Positions 39,214 to 53,466 of a DNA stretch of 64,000 nt are shown in pieces. Position 1 is the first letter of the stretch. Every line of letters begins with the position of its first letter. Made by a program: the position numbers and the translations under genes. The notes beneath the pieces are model-generated. The model had not been told where the DNA came from. It saw only the letters and a program-made list of their open reading frames with translations, and did not search any database. This stretch comes from Octopus vulgaris (taxonomy: Eukaryota), in the NCBI GenBank assembly GCA_951406725.2, contig OX597826.1:66278001-66342000 (forward strand), given 5' to 3'.

Positions 39214-39215
<2 letters not shown>
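37301..39215 (-). CDS. Penelope-like retroelement (Neptune-type) reverse transcriptase plus GIY-YIG endonuclease, 5'-truncated
   Basis: 627-aa open ORF, extending upstream in frame to EADKGNAVVIMD. Motifs FYGLPKIHK, LRPIVA, SFDVVNLYTSIP, GIAMGT, WKRFLDD, LPFLD, Cys linker CGRSNCATC, and IIY...CSGC..YVG. Bounded by (TA)n. Confidence 0.93.
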
Positions 39216-39278
<63 letters not shown>

Positions 39279-39299
39279 ATGTGTATATGTATATATATA

Positions 39300-39545
39300 T
39301 GTGTGTGTGTGTGTGTGTTGCTTTGTCTGTGTGTATCTTCGTCTGAGTTTGTTCTTCACCACCACTTGGCCACCGATGTTGCTGTGTTTACATCCCTGTA
39401 ACTTAGTGGTTCAGCAAAAAAGCCCGATAGAATAAATACCAGGATTAAGAAGTACTGGAGTTGATTCGTTCGACTAAAATCCTTCAAAGCGGTGCCCCAG
39501 CATGGCCGCAGCCCAATGGCTGAAATATGTAAAAGATAAAAGATA
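39300..39545 (+). mobile_element. SINE family A, 3' half
   Basis: GCGGTGCCCCAGCATGGCCGCAGCCCAATGGCTGAAA tail. Confidence 0.8.
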
Positions 39546-39905
39546 TCGCTTATCAGTCATAGTAAAAGGAGAGAATCTTTCTGGGACCAGTGGTCATAGT
39601 GTCTGAAAGGGACACGAGTAAGAAGATTCCAGTGGGACGATGTTGTGTGGAGGATGGAGTGGTTACAGGGAATTGTGCAAGATCAGTAGGAGACATGATA
39701 CAATAAAGATAACGAGAAGTGGAGAGGCAAATGGATAAAAAAGCTCCTGCTTTTATTTTTAAGAACGAAAATATTCCACAAGCAAACATGTTTATTCACT
39801 TACATCTAGGAACCTTGTCATCATTTGTATCGAAAACATTGTTAGAAAATTTATAGCGTTAATATTTTTATTATATTAATTTTATTATAGAAACTGAAAG
39901 AATAT

Positions 39906-40506
39906 TCTTTTCTACTCTAGGCACAAGGCCCGAAAGTTTTGGGGAGGGGGGCAATCGATTAGATCGACCCCAGTATGCAACTGGTACTTAATTTATCGAC
40001 GCCGAAAGGATGAAAGGCAAAGTCGACCTCAGCGGAATTTGAACTCAAAACGTAAAGACTGACGAAATACCACAAAGCATTTCGCCTGGCGAGCTAACGT
40101 TTCTTATTTCTTTATTGCCCACAAGGGGTTAAACATAGAGGGAACAGACAAGGACAGACAAACGGATTAAGTCGATTACATCGACCCCAGTGCATAAATG
40201 GTACTTAATTTATCGACCCGGACAAGCATGAAAGGCAAAGTCGACCTCAGCGGAATTTGAACTAAGAATGTAACGGCAGACGAAGTACACATTTCTTTAC
40301 TACCCACAAGGGGCTAAACATAGAGGGGAGAAACAAGGACAGACAAACGGATTAAGTCGATTATATCGACCCTAGTACGTAACTGGTACTTATTCAATCG
40401 ACCTCGAAAGGATGAAAGGCAAAGTCGACCTCGGCGGAATTTGAACTCAGAGCGTAGCGGCATTTCGCCCCGGCGTGCTAACGTTTCTGTCAGCTCACCG
40501 CCTTAC
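39906..40506 (-). mobile_element. SINE family B trimer within a single 15-bp TSD
   Basis: AAACTGAAAGAATAT at 39891-39905 and 40507-40521; three cores. Confidence 0.9.
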
Positions 40507-40547
40507 AAACTGAAAGAATATCGACTATACTTCTTTAAATACACATT

Positions 40548-42496
40548 ATGTGTATAAAATCTAACCCCAGAGCTTTCTACAGGTATGCCAAAGAAACAGC
40601 TACGGTGCACTGTAGAATAGGGCCACTCCTTGAAAAGGATGGCACACTTACAGGAAAACCAATGAGGGTAAGTGAAATACTGAATGAGCAATTCAAGAGT
40701 GTTTTCACTCCACCCCTTGGGCATCTCCAAATCATCAATCCAACTGACTTCTTTACCACTGCAGATATAAAATCAGAGGCGGCGACGATAGATTACATCG
40801 ATATAAAGGAAGACGATGTAATAAAGGCTATAGATGAAATGAAAACAGACTCAGCTACTGGCCCCGATGGATTCCCGGCAATCCTCCTAAAAGCATGTAA
40901 GAGAGTCCTAGCAAGACCACTGCAGTTCCTCTTTCAGAGCTTCCTTGCAGCTGGCAAACTTCCAAGAAAACTGAAGGAAGGTAAAATATGCCCCATTCAT
41001 AAAGGAGGCAGTAGAGCGGAGGCCAAGAACTACAGACCTATTTCTCTGACCTCACACATCAGCAAGGTCATGGAACGAATAGTCAGAAGGAAACTGATCA
41101 CCTTCCTTGAAGAAAATTACTTGCTGCCCGACACCCAACATGGTTTCCGACCAGGGAGAAGCTGTTTAACTCAGCTCCTACAACACTATGACTGGGTGCT
41201 GAAACGGCTGCTCAACCACTCAAATGTGGAAGTGATATATCTCGACTTTGCAAAGGCCTTTGATAAAGTCGATCATGGAATGATATGTCACAAACTGCGT
41301 GATCTCAACATAGTTGGAAAACTGGGAGAATGGCTTCATGACTTTCTGAAAGATAGAAGTCAGGTGGTAGTAGCCAATGGGGCCACTTCCATTAACACGC
41401 AAATAGTGAGCGGTGTTCCGCAGGGCATTGTTCTGGGACCACTACTGTTCATAATGGCCCTCTCAGACATGCCCTCAGCCACGCAGAGAGCCACGATCAC
41501 AAGTTATGCAGATGATACAAAAGTTTCACAGGCAATACAGAACCCTGAGGACACTAAACGCCTGCAATGTGAGCTGGACAAAATATACAAGTGGGCTGAA
41601 AAGAATAGCATGCAGTTCAATGCTGAAAAGTTTCAAGCTTTATACTATCAGCATGCAAAACTAAATGCAATACCCAATGAATACACTGGACCCGGAGGAA
41701 TAGCAATCCCAGAGGCACAATCAGTGCGTGACCTGGTATTTACATGAGTGATGACGCAACCTTTCGTGTACATGTTGCTAAATTGGCAATGAAATGTAGA
41801 CGACTGGCCGGATGGATTCTCAGAACCTTTAGAACAAGAGAACAAGAAACCATGATGGTCCTCTGGAGGACACTTGTCCTAAGCCACTTTGACTATTGCT
41901 CTCAGTTATGGTCACCATCCAGTGTCAAGTTGATCACAGAGCTCGAGGCGATCCAGCGTAGCTACACGAAGAAGATAGCCTCTATGCAGAATGTAAGCTA
42001 CTGGGAAAGACTCAAGAGATTAAAACTATATTCCTTGGAGCGTAGGCGGGAAAGATATGCCATAATATACATCTGGAAGATCCTGGAGGGACTTGTCCCA
42101 AACTTTGGCATCGAGAGTTACACAAATGCCAGAACTGGGCGCCACTGCGTGGTGCCTAGGACTCCAAATTTGCCATCAAGATGTAGGACAAGATACTGTG
42201 ATAGCCTGGGCTTCCGAGGCCCACAGCTCTTCAATATCCTCCCGAAGAACCTGAGAGACCTGCATGGGGTGGATGCAGATGTCTTTAAAATGGAACTGGA
42301 TCTCTTCCTGTCAGGTGTCCCAGATGAACCAACTTCACGGCAGGAGGTGCAGATGAGGGCAGCTGCATCGGACTCTCTCATGCACCAAATGACAGTTGCT
42401 AAAAAGCTTTCGTGAAGTAAAACCAAGTAGCAACACCAAATGGCGGTGCCCCAGCATGGCCACAGCTCATGAGCTGAAACTAGAATCAATCAATCA
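40548..42496 (+). mobile_element. 5'-truncated CR1/L2-group LINE: RT ORF2 with one frameshift near 41735, 3' UTR and (ATCA)n tail
   Basis: KNYRPISLTS, QHGFRPGRSC, YLDFAKAFDKV, SGVPQG..LGPLLF, YADD, then YCSQLWSP and YWERLKRLKLYSLERRRERY in the second frame (41744-42415). Confidence 0.92.
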
Positions 42497-42599
42497 TGTG
42501 AACTTATTTTACTCAGATATTCTGAGATAGATTTTCTCAGATTTTCTCCCATTATTACTATTTTCGATTTGGATAACGAAACCCTTGGGTAAATTTAAT

Positions 42600-43010
42600 G
42601 CCAATCAGCCAAGTAGTTCTTCTCTTGATGCAGTTTAAGATGTCTGTGCAGAACGGAAGCATCGTCTGAGATGTAAAGAGGCACTCCATTGTGAGCCCTA
42701 TATGAGCTTAGTAATGACATCAACTGTTGAAAGGGTGAGGGATGGAAATTTTTCTGTCACCGAATCTTTGGAATGCTGTTATGATTATGTTAAGGATGTG
42801 TTTTCGCCATGTGAGAGATCCTCCGTGATTGTTGGAAATCAGAGTTTGGGACGATCGTAAGAATTCTGTCTGAATGCCGTTCATGTTTGGGGCTGTGAAT
42901 GTCTGCTGCGGAGCTGTTCTCTTGAAATGAATGGTGCTTGAGTATATTTAAGGATACACCTGTGGAATGAAGCAAGTTTGGTGAGTGGCGTCTAGGTTTT
43001 GGTGTGCAGC
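42600..43010 (-). pseudogene. Highly decayed CR1/L2-group LINE ORF2 fragment
   Basis: Minus-strand remnants SLTWRKHIL and IGLTMEC...ILNCIKRR resemble LxWxxHI and IRPxMEYC...LDxIQRR. Confidence 0.4.
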
Positions 43011-43838
43011 GAACTGTAGTTAAATTATTTTTTCCAACCTCCAGAATTTTCTCAAATTTTCTTCGTTGGTGTAGTTTTATATGCAGATGACGAAAATTCA
43101 TTTTCTCTAGAAATTAATCATAAAAACGTTACAAGCCTTTAATGTTATGTAATTTTAACCAATCGGAAATTTCCATTGCCGATATATCGGAAGTCGTAAT
43201 TGACTGTTTCCGTGGGAACGGTATTAACTTTATTACTGTGATGCTGTTTTTGTATTCCTGGGTCAAAGAACTGATGACAGTCTGTTTTTGTGTGAAGGAA
43301 TTCGGAATCAGCATCAGCATCACTACGGCTGTTGATAACAACAATCATTCACACGAGATATAGAAGAACGATTGACTCTGCGACCCATCAAAGATTGGTG
43401 GTCCGAACTCGAGGTGAAAATATAACAACGGTAGATATTAATTACTGGTAAGAGACACGATATATATGCAGCTATAATATGCCATTAAATATATGAAAGA
43501 CTAACTTGTGTTAGCCATGCTATTCAATCGCTTGTTAAGTTTATCTCTAGAGATATTCTATGTAAACAACGCGATCGAAGATAGAAGAATAAGTAATGGG
43601 TGTATATGCATATTTCAGGAATTGTTGCCCTTTCTTCAGCACCACATACAACCTATTAACCACCCACGGACATGTTGCTTGAATAGTCCCCAAATATAGC
43701 AGCATAACATAATTCGATATAACAATTTTACATGATTAACACAATCATGGCAACTAGTATGTACATGTTAATTGCTGGTAGGGACACGCTATTTCGTTAT
43801 GCAACCATAATACATTACCAAGTATGTTCAAAGGCTTG

Positions 43839-44088
43839 TGGAGGCGCGTGTCTTAGTGGTTAGGGCGTCAGCATCATGATCGTAAGATTGTGGTTTCGAT
43901 TCCTGGACCGGGCGTTGCGTTGTATTCTTGAGCAAAACACTTCATTTCACGTTGCTACAGTCCACTCAGCTGGCGAAAATGAGTAACACTGCGATGGACT
44001 GGTGTCACGTCCAGCTAGGAAGCTCATATGTCATTGAAACCGGGAAACCGGGCCCATGAGCTTGGCTAGGCTTTAAAAGTGCGCATTT
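43839..44088 (+). mobile_element. SINE family C
   Basis: tRNA-like A/B boxes; homologous to 6484-6737. Confidence 0.85.
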
Positions 44089-44330
44089 ATTATTATTTTA
44101 TGTTAAAAGGCTTATAAAGTCAATACTGTTTCTCCACCTTTGTTAACAATACTATCAATTAACTTTTTAAAGTTATATAACGTTTCTATAGAGCATCTGT
44201 AGAGATAACTTTAAAAACGAAGATGAATTGTCATCAGAACAAATGATCTTTCACGATGCGTGTCGCTAGATACGAGAGGTATTGCTTTATGCTGTGGTTT
44301 TCCTGAATAATGATACACGGAGAGAGAGAG

Positions 44331-44364
<34 letters not shown>

Positions 44365-44411
44365 GGAGAGAGAGAGAGAAAGAGAAAGATATATATATAT
44401 GTATATCAATA

Positions 44412-44577
44412 GGCGTAGGAGTGGCTGTGTGGTATGTAGCTTGCTTACCAACCACATGGTTGGTGGCACCTTGGGCAAGTGTCTTCTACTATAGCCTCGG
44501 GACGACCAAAGCCTTGTGAGTGGATTTGGTTGACAGAAACTGAAAGAAGCCCGTCGTATATATATATATATATATAC

Positions 44578-44610
<33 letters not shown>

Positions 44611-44804
44611 TGTATGCATATGTGTCTGTATACGTTTGTGCGTCTGTGTTTGTCCCCCCCTCCAACATCGCTTGACAACCGATGTTGTTGTGTTACGTCC
44701 CCATAACTTAGCGGTTCGGCAAAGAATAAGTCCTGGGGTGGATTGGCTCGACTAAAGGCGGTGCTCCAGCATGACCACAGTCAAATGATGGAAACAAGTA
44801 AAAG

Positions 44805-44806
<2 letters not shown>
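44412..44806 (+). mobile_element. SINE family A
   Basis: Family head with a B-box deletion, microsatellite and tail. Confidence 0.88.
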
Positions 44807-44841
<35 letters not shown>

Positions 44842-44844
44842 TAT

Positions 44845-45278
<434 letters not shown>

Positions 45279-45440
45279 TATTAAATAATCTTATGTATTG
45301 GCTTAAGTTTTTCATTGTATGATTTGCCTAATAGTGGTTTTGTCTCTAATTTAATATAATATAATATTTTACTATAAAATTGAATTCAATCCTAAATCTG
45401 ATTTTTCCCTGTAAGTTTGGATTTATTCCCTAATATTTAT

Positions 45441-45551
<111 letters not shown>

Positions 45552-45567
45552 GAGAGCAATCGATTCT

Positions 45568-45791
45568 TATTTCTTTATTGCCCACAAGGGGCTAAACATA
45601 GAGGGGACAAACAAAGGTATTGAGTCGATTACATTGACCCCAGTGCGTAACTCGTACTTATTTAATCGACCCCGAAAGGATGAAAGGCAAAGTCGACCTC
45701 GGCGGAATTTGAACTCAGAACGTATAGCGGCAGTTGAAATACCGCTAAGCATTTCGCCCGGCGTGTTAACGATTCTGTAGCTCGCCACCTT
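45568..45791 (-). mobile_element. SINE family B monomer, tail 1, TSD ATCGATTCT
   Basis: ATCGATTCT on both flanks. Confidence 0.85.
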
Positions 45792-45794
45792 ATC

Positions 45795-46289
45795 GATTCT
45801 GCCGCGAACAACGACACATAACGACTTATTCGTACATTCCAGAGACACTGTATAGAGTGTTTAAATCGCTAGACAGGCTCCCCACACTCAACAAGTGGAA
45901 AGCGCTTGGGCCAGCCTCAAGCGACAAAGTAAACGGTACTGTGACACCCACTATTCCACAGTAGACTCGTATCTCTATGAGTTCATGAGGCACCGTAGGT
46001 ACGAACAGTGTGACCTGCTCGAAAAACTCTTTGAGTGCATAGTGAAATTTCATTGAAGTTCAACGATAATGTTATGGACGTATCTGAGGAAACAGACAAT
46101 CGCGACTTCCACTACGCCAGCAATGAACGCTTCCTTTTGGCTAAAATTGCCTAACATGAAAGGCAAGTAACTTTTTATAATTAATTTGTAGAGAAAATAA
46201 TGGCGATTTTGGCCCATCAGCATGCAAAACTACACCAGTGTAGGAAATTTGAGAAAATTTTAACGGTTGGTAAACAGTTAAAAAGATCC
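45795..46289 (+). pseudogene. Second Merlin-type transposase remnant plus right end ending AAAAGATCC
   Basis: ILPRTTTHND...APHTQQVESAWASLKRQSKRYCDTHYSTVDSYLYEFMRHRR; subterminus 46170-46280 is also found inverted at ~43030-43130. Confidence 0.7.
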
Positions 46290-46412
46290 AAATTAAAAAC
46301 CAGTAAAAGTGTAGAATCTGATATTTATAATAATTTTATAGTCAATGACTTCGAATTTCACTTTGAAGTCACAGACAACAAAATCATATATATATGTATA
46401 TATATGTATGTA

Positions 46413-46485
<73 letters not shown>

Positions 46486-46528
46486 ATATGTATATATATA
46501 TGTATATGTATATGTATATATATGTATG

Positions 46529-46587
<59 letters not shown>

Positions 46588-47113
46588 GTATATGTATATC
46601 TGTATATATATATACACATACATGCATAATACATACACACACACACACACATATATATAAAGGGGTTTGTATGATTGTGTATAGAGGGATATATATTATT
46701 CAAAGGAATTCCAACTGTTTTTTATGTTTTATTTATATTCTTTATAATAATATTAATGTAGAATATAGAATGTATAGTATAAATAATGTATATATAGTAA
46801 CATGAAATGAAGTATTGATTGTCTTATTGAATAGATGAAATATTGAATATCAAATATTAAGGGACTAGTATACTTTCTTGTATTTAGGCAGTCTTAAAGG
46901 TCCCAGGTTGTGACAGGAGTGTTTCAAATATATATGTATATATATATATATATGAATAAATGAAAGAATGGAGTCGAACGAAGATGTTAACAAAATTCCT
47001 TTACTCTCGACGTGAATTTGCTACCCAGGTTTCGGTTAAACGAATTTTCCATGCTGGCGATAAACATAGGATAATTCATTCACCTACTTAAATATATATG
47101 TATATATATAAAA

Positions 47114-47779
<666 letters not shown>

Positions 47780-47790
<11 letters not shown>

Positions 47791-47860
47791 ATCACCACAA
47801 CACTACAGTGTCCACCACACCACCTTCACTACCTTCACCACCATGATCATGACCATCACT

Positions 47861-47912
<52 letters not shown>

Positions 47913-48110
47913 CCACCACCGCCACCACCTTCTCCATCGCAACCACTATCACCATCAGCGTGACCATTACATCATGAGAACCTCCACCGCCAGTATCACA
48001 ACTGCATTCATTAGTATCACCACCACCACCATCGCAGCCACCGCCACCGCCACCGCCACCACCACCACCACCACCACTACCACCACCACCACCATCGCCA
48101 CCACCACCGG
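47780..48110. repeat. (CAC)n/(CAT)n trinucleotide tract
   Basis: Direct inspection. Confidence 0.9.
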
Positions 48111-48282
48111 CTGTACGGTGGGCGGGTCTAAGTGTATTTGATCTGTGTATTGCCGTGAAAACGAGGCTGTGTCGTACTATAGTTCTGTTGGTACATATGT
48201 ACCGATGCTTGGTAAATGTAGTCGCTTCAGTATCACATGTATTTAAAAGTATATGCACACGCACACATACACACACACACAT

Positions 48283-48319
<37 letters not shown>

Positions 48320-48389
48320 AACATATGTATGCATGTTTACATATATATATGTACACACACACGCATGCACATAGATACATGTATAAATG

Positions 48390-48420
<31 letters not shown>

Positions 48421-48673
48421 ATATATTTATATATATATATATATATGTATATGCATATATTATGCACGCATGTATATAAATATATATATATACATGTTAT
48501 ATACACACATATAGTGTGAGTTGTATATATATATGTATGTATATATATATCAGATACATATATATATATATATATATGTGTGTGTGTATGTATATATATA
48601 AGTGTATATATATATGTGTATATATATATATCTGATATATATATATATATTTGTGTATGTGTGTGTATGTATA

Positions 48674-48714
<41 letters not shown>

Positions 48715-49019
48715 GATATATACATATATATATACATACATACATACATACACATAGAGAGGCATAAAAGCATATATAGAAACATATACACACACGCACA
48801 TGTGTGTGTGTATCTCTTCACATGTGTATGTATGTGTGAACTTGTGTATTTCAGTGGGTTCTTGATATATACACACACACAAATGTGTGTGTATGTGTGT
48901 GTGTGTGTGTGTGTATGTACACTAACAACAAAAAATCTGTAAAACTGTCTCAAAAATTACTCGTTATATAATAAATAGGTGTGTGGTGGAAATTATGTAA
49001 TAAAAAAGTAAAAAAGCTC

Positions 49020-49565
49020 CCACAACAACAATTACAACAACAACAAGAATCCCAGCCGTGTCAACAATTACAACAACAGCAGTGGCAACAACAACAACGA
49101 CTATTAAACAACAACAAGAACAGCAGCAGAGGCGTGAAAACAACAACAACAACAACAAAAACAATTGCTTACAGTTACAATAACAACAAGAACAACGGCA
49201 GCCTTGAAAGCAATTATTAAAAGACAACTTTGTAATTGATTGCAGTTACAACAAACACGTCTAATGGCCACCATGGCAACAACAACAACAACAACAACAG
49301 CAACAACAACAAATGTGATAGCAACCGAGGCAGAGGCAGTGGCTGCTGTGACATTTAAAAAACAACAACAACAACAACGACAACAACAAAAACGATAACA
49401 ATAACAACAACAACAGCAATAGCAACAGCAGCAACGATAACTACAAGCAGTTACAAAAGCAATGGCGGCGGCGGCGGCAGAAAAATCACAGCAAAGTCCC
49501 CACAGCAAACATCAACAAACAAACAGACAAAAACAAACGCAGCAGCAGCGGTCGCACTGAGATTT

Positions 49566-49625
<60 letters not shown>

Positions 49626-49720
49626 GCATCAACGACCACGACGACGATAACAACAATCACAACAACAAGAGCCAATAATCACTGCAGTTACAACAACAAC
49701 TCCCACAGCAATACAACGAG
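49020..49720. repeat. (CAA)n/(CAG)n-rich low-complexity tract
   Basis: Direct inspection. Confidence 0.9.
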
Positions 49721-49731
49721 ATAAGTTAATG

Positions 49732-49823
<92 letters not shown>

Positions 49824-50251
49824 CACATATATACACGCACACACACAAATATGTATGTATTTATGTATGTTTATGTAATATGTAAAAGCATGTATTTGTC
49901 TGGGTATATGTACTTTTGACTGGCCGACATTTCCATATATCAACTGGAGTGTTAAGCAGCATACACGGTCACACACACACACACGCACGCCCGTACACAC
50001 ACACGCCCGTATACACACACATACATACACACAAAGTTACACGTATCTACTTATATAATATGAAACTACAACAACAACGACGACGCCAGTTGCAACAAAA
50101 ACTGGTGACAAATTGTTAGCGGGGTACGTGTACTTTCTGAGCTGCACACAGCTTTCACTGTTGCATATGCAGTGTATAGTCGTAAATATACATATATACA
50201 TATGCACACATGCAATTACATACAGACGTATATACTTGTTTATCTATAAAT

Positions 50252-50283
<32 letters not shown>

Positions 50284-50657
50284 ATATATATTTCTACAGA
50301 CATAGATTTAAGAAGCCATTATATGGAACTATGAAACATTCCAGAACTTTTAGCCTGAAGTGTATACCCATATACGCATACAGATATGCATGTATGTACA
50401 TATTGTACATATACGTGCGTGTGTACTTGTGTGTGTATCTGTGTGTGTGTGTGTGTGTGAGTGTGTGTGTGTTTGAGAAGATACTGATTCCCACGCGCAA
50501 TGGAATGAGAAAATGCAGAAATACACATGTATGATACATGTGCAGATACATATTTAACGCATACTCATGCATTCACACATGCAAACATGCATACATCCGT
50601 TCATCCATCCATACATCCATCCACACTCACACGCATATGTATGTATATATGTATATA

Positions 50658-52272
50658 TTGGGTTGGCTAAAATGCCCGTTCGGTTTTTTGAGCAAAAAAT
50701 AATACACAAGTTTTGTACATAAAGCGATTTCTCCAATCAAAGATATCACCATTTCGTTCCAGTACATTCTGCTATCTTCTGGACAGATCTGCTATTCCCC
50801 GCTCAAATAATTTCCAGTCTTTACCGGCGAAAGTCCCCTCAAGTGAATTTTTACATCCTCTTCAGATTTGAAGCCCCGTCCATTCAACGAATTTTGAAGA
50901 AACCGAAACAGGTGGAGCCCTGAAAGTGCAACGTTGGGCGAAAATGAAGAGTGCGGTAGAACCTTCCGGCCAAGCTCCAGTAACCTCTGCAGTGTCTGCA
51001 AAGAAATAACCTTCGAAAGACTATGCCCTTACGATTAGCAAGTACTGGGCTCTTTTGGTGGACCGCTGCATTTAATATACTCAGCTGGTTACAGTATAAA
51101 TCGAAATTGGTGATTCTGTCAGTGGAAAGAAACTTGTAAAAGACAATATATTTCTAATCCTTTTTTCGGTGAAGTACTGCGTTGGAGGATATTTGTGGCG
51201 GTTCACCGTGTCTCCCTCCCGATCGTTTGCACTTCTCATGGTTATAGATGATCTACTTTTCGTCCCCAGCAATCATTCTATTCAAAATGGCACCGTTTTC
51301 TTCACGTTTCTACAACGAATCGCAGATCGAAAGCCGTCGGGAGAGGCTAGTTTCATTCAATTAATGTAGGATCTCAACACCAAGCCTGCTCTTGTAACCA
51401 AGTTGATGGTTTTCAACCTTCGATTTGGATATTTGCGATCATAAAGCGTCGAGCTGGCAGAAACGTTAGCACGCCGGGCGAAATGCTTTGCGGTATTTCG
51501 TCTGTCTTTACATTCTGAGTTCAAATTCCGCCGAGGTCGACTTTGCCTTTCATCCTTTCGGGGTCGATAAATTAAGTACCAGTTACGCACTGGGGTCGAT
51601 GTAATCGACTTAATCTCTTTGTCCTTGTTTGTCCCCTCTATGTTTAGCCCTATGTGGGCAATAAAGAAATAAGAAACGTTACACGTCGGGCGAAATGCTT
51701 AGCAGTATTTCGTCTGTCTTTACGTCCTGAGTTCAAATTCCGCCGAAGTCGACTTGTCATTCATCCTTTTGGTGTCGATAAATTAAGTACCAGTTGTGTA
51801 CTGGGGTCAATCTAAGCGACTGCCACCCCCCCAAAAAAAATTTCAGGCCTTGTGCCTAGAGTAGAAAAGAGAGAATATCTGCGATCATCCTGAACTTATA
51901 ACGGGGCTTGGTGTCGCTGTTAATACCAGTTAGCCGGCCAGAACTAGGTGCATGTTGTACCGAAAAATTTCCTAATTGAAATCTAGAAAACCACTCCTGG
52001 CACACATTCCTTAACAGCATCCTCTTCGTACACAGTGCACATCTTCCTGTAGCTTTCCACCACTTTCTTGCTATTTCTTTTTTTAAAAAAGGATGTGGTG
52101 TCGATAATATTCGTTTTGGTTCTCCATTTTCAGGATGATCCTAAGTGCTCAAAATACAATCTGTCTCATCGCATGTTCGCATTGAATTGCGTCATCTACA
52201 GTGTCAGTTAGCTATTTATTGGAATGCTTGACGTTTGGTATCGACAAAACCCAAAGGACTTGCCCAACCCAA
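50658..52272 (-). mobile_element. Near full-length decayed mariner interrupted by a SINE B dimer
   Basis: TIRs TTGGGTTGG with TA flanks; MENQNEYYRHHIL..., RMIAGDEK, VLPHSSFSPNVALSGLHLFRFLQNSL. Confidence 0.85.
51444..51874 (+). mobile_element. SINE family B dimer, TSD ATAT(T/C)TGCGATCAT
   Basis: TSD at 51429-51442 and 51875-51888. Confidence 0.9.
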
Positions 52273-52335
52273 TAAATATAAGCCTGAACATACAGACTTA
52301 CATGCACAATGGTATGCGTATATGTCCATATATTC

Positions 52336-52745
52336 TTTTTTACACTAGGCACGATGCCCAAAATTTTGTGGGAAAGAGCCAGTCGATTAGATCGACCCCA
52401 GTACGCAACTGGTACTTAATTTATCGACCCCGAATGGATGAAAGGCAAAGTCGACCTCGGCTGAATTTGAACTCAGAACGTAACGGCAGACGAAATACCG
52501 CTAAGCATTTCGCCCGGCGTGCTAACGTTTCTTATTTCTTTATTGCCCACAAGGGGCTACACACAGAGGGGACAGACAAGGACAGACAAACGGATTAAGT
52601 CGATTACATCGACCCCAGTGCGCAACTGATACTTAATTTATCGGCCCCGAAAGGATGAAAGGCAAAGTCGACCTCGGCGGAATTTGAACTCAGAATGTAG
52701 TGGCAGACGAAATACCGCTAAGCATTTCGTCCAGCTCGCCACCTT
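52336..52745 (-). mobile_element. SINE family B dimer
   Basis: Two cores joined at AAAGAAATAAGAAACGTTAGC; imperfect TSD ATATG..CATATATTC. Confidence 0.88.
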
Positions 52746-53466
52746 AATATATGCGCATATATTCACACATGCATGAATCCTTATACACATCAGCATTTCA
52801 CAGTCGGTGTTGGTATCTTTATGTCCCCATAACCTAGCAGTTCAGCAAAAAAAAATTGATAGAGTAAGTAAATTAAACATTTCAATGTAGGGCCCATGCA
52901 TGGCCGCAGTCCGATGACTGACAATATTAAAAGCTAAATGATATACACTCTTGTGACCAGAGAACTGGCCTCAGCTACCGAGAGTCGCAGAACTATGAAG
53001 AGAAATTCCAGTAGACTTTTTATGACACAAGAACAGCACCAAATTATGGAAAATGTCTAGAGAAGAAAGATAAAAAGCTACTTGGATGTAAAATATTCCA
53101 ACTACTCGCATTTCGACGCAAAGCAGTTGCGCCCACAAGCTACATTCGCTGACGAGAAATCTTGCTCTACCACCGTTCTTTCAATCAACAAGCCACTCGA
53201 TAACGATTAATTCTCAAGTCGACAGAAAGTTTACTGATTTGATGTTATCCGTAATCGATCAAGTTGCTAAGAACAACCAAAACACATTGAAATCCCCAGC
53301 TTTCGGTCATTGAATGCCATACTGTAATGGTGTTGCAGTTACTATTCGCTAATATATATTAGTAACAGAGGTCGATGGAAATGATAAAAGCAGAACTAAA
53401 ACGAACGTAACTGCGGGTACAATTGCTTCGCATTGATATGCGAGCAACTGGGATATTTTACATACC

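Noticed and set aside
43839-43912. tRNA genes at SINE heads (also 21212, 23180, 45060-45136, 59090-59163)
   Set aside because: A/B boxes are present, but they continue into repeated SINE bodies and I could not fold a clean cloverleaf.
48964-49675. Poly-Gln/Cys/Val ORFs
   Set aside because: (CAA)n-derived, short and interrupted by stops, with no domain.
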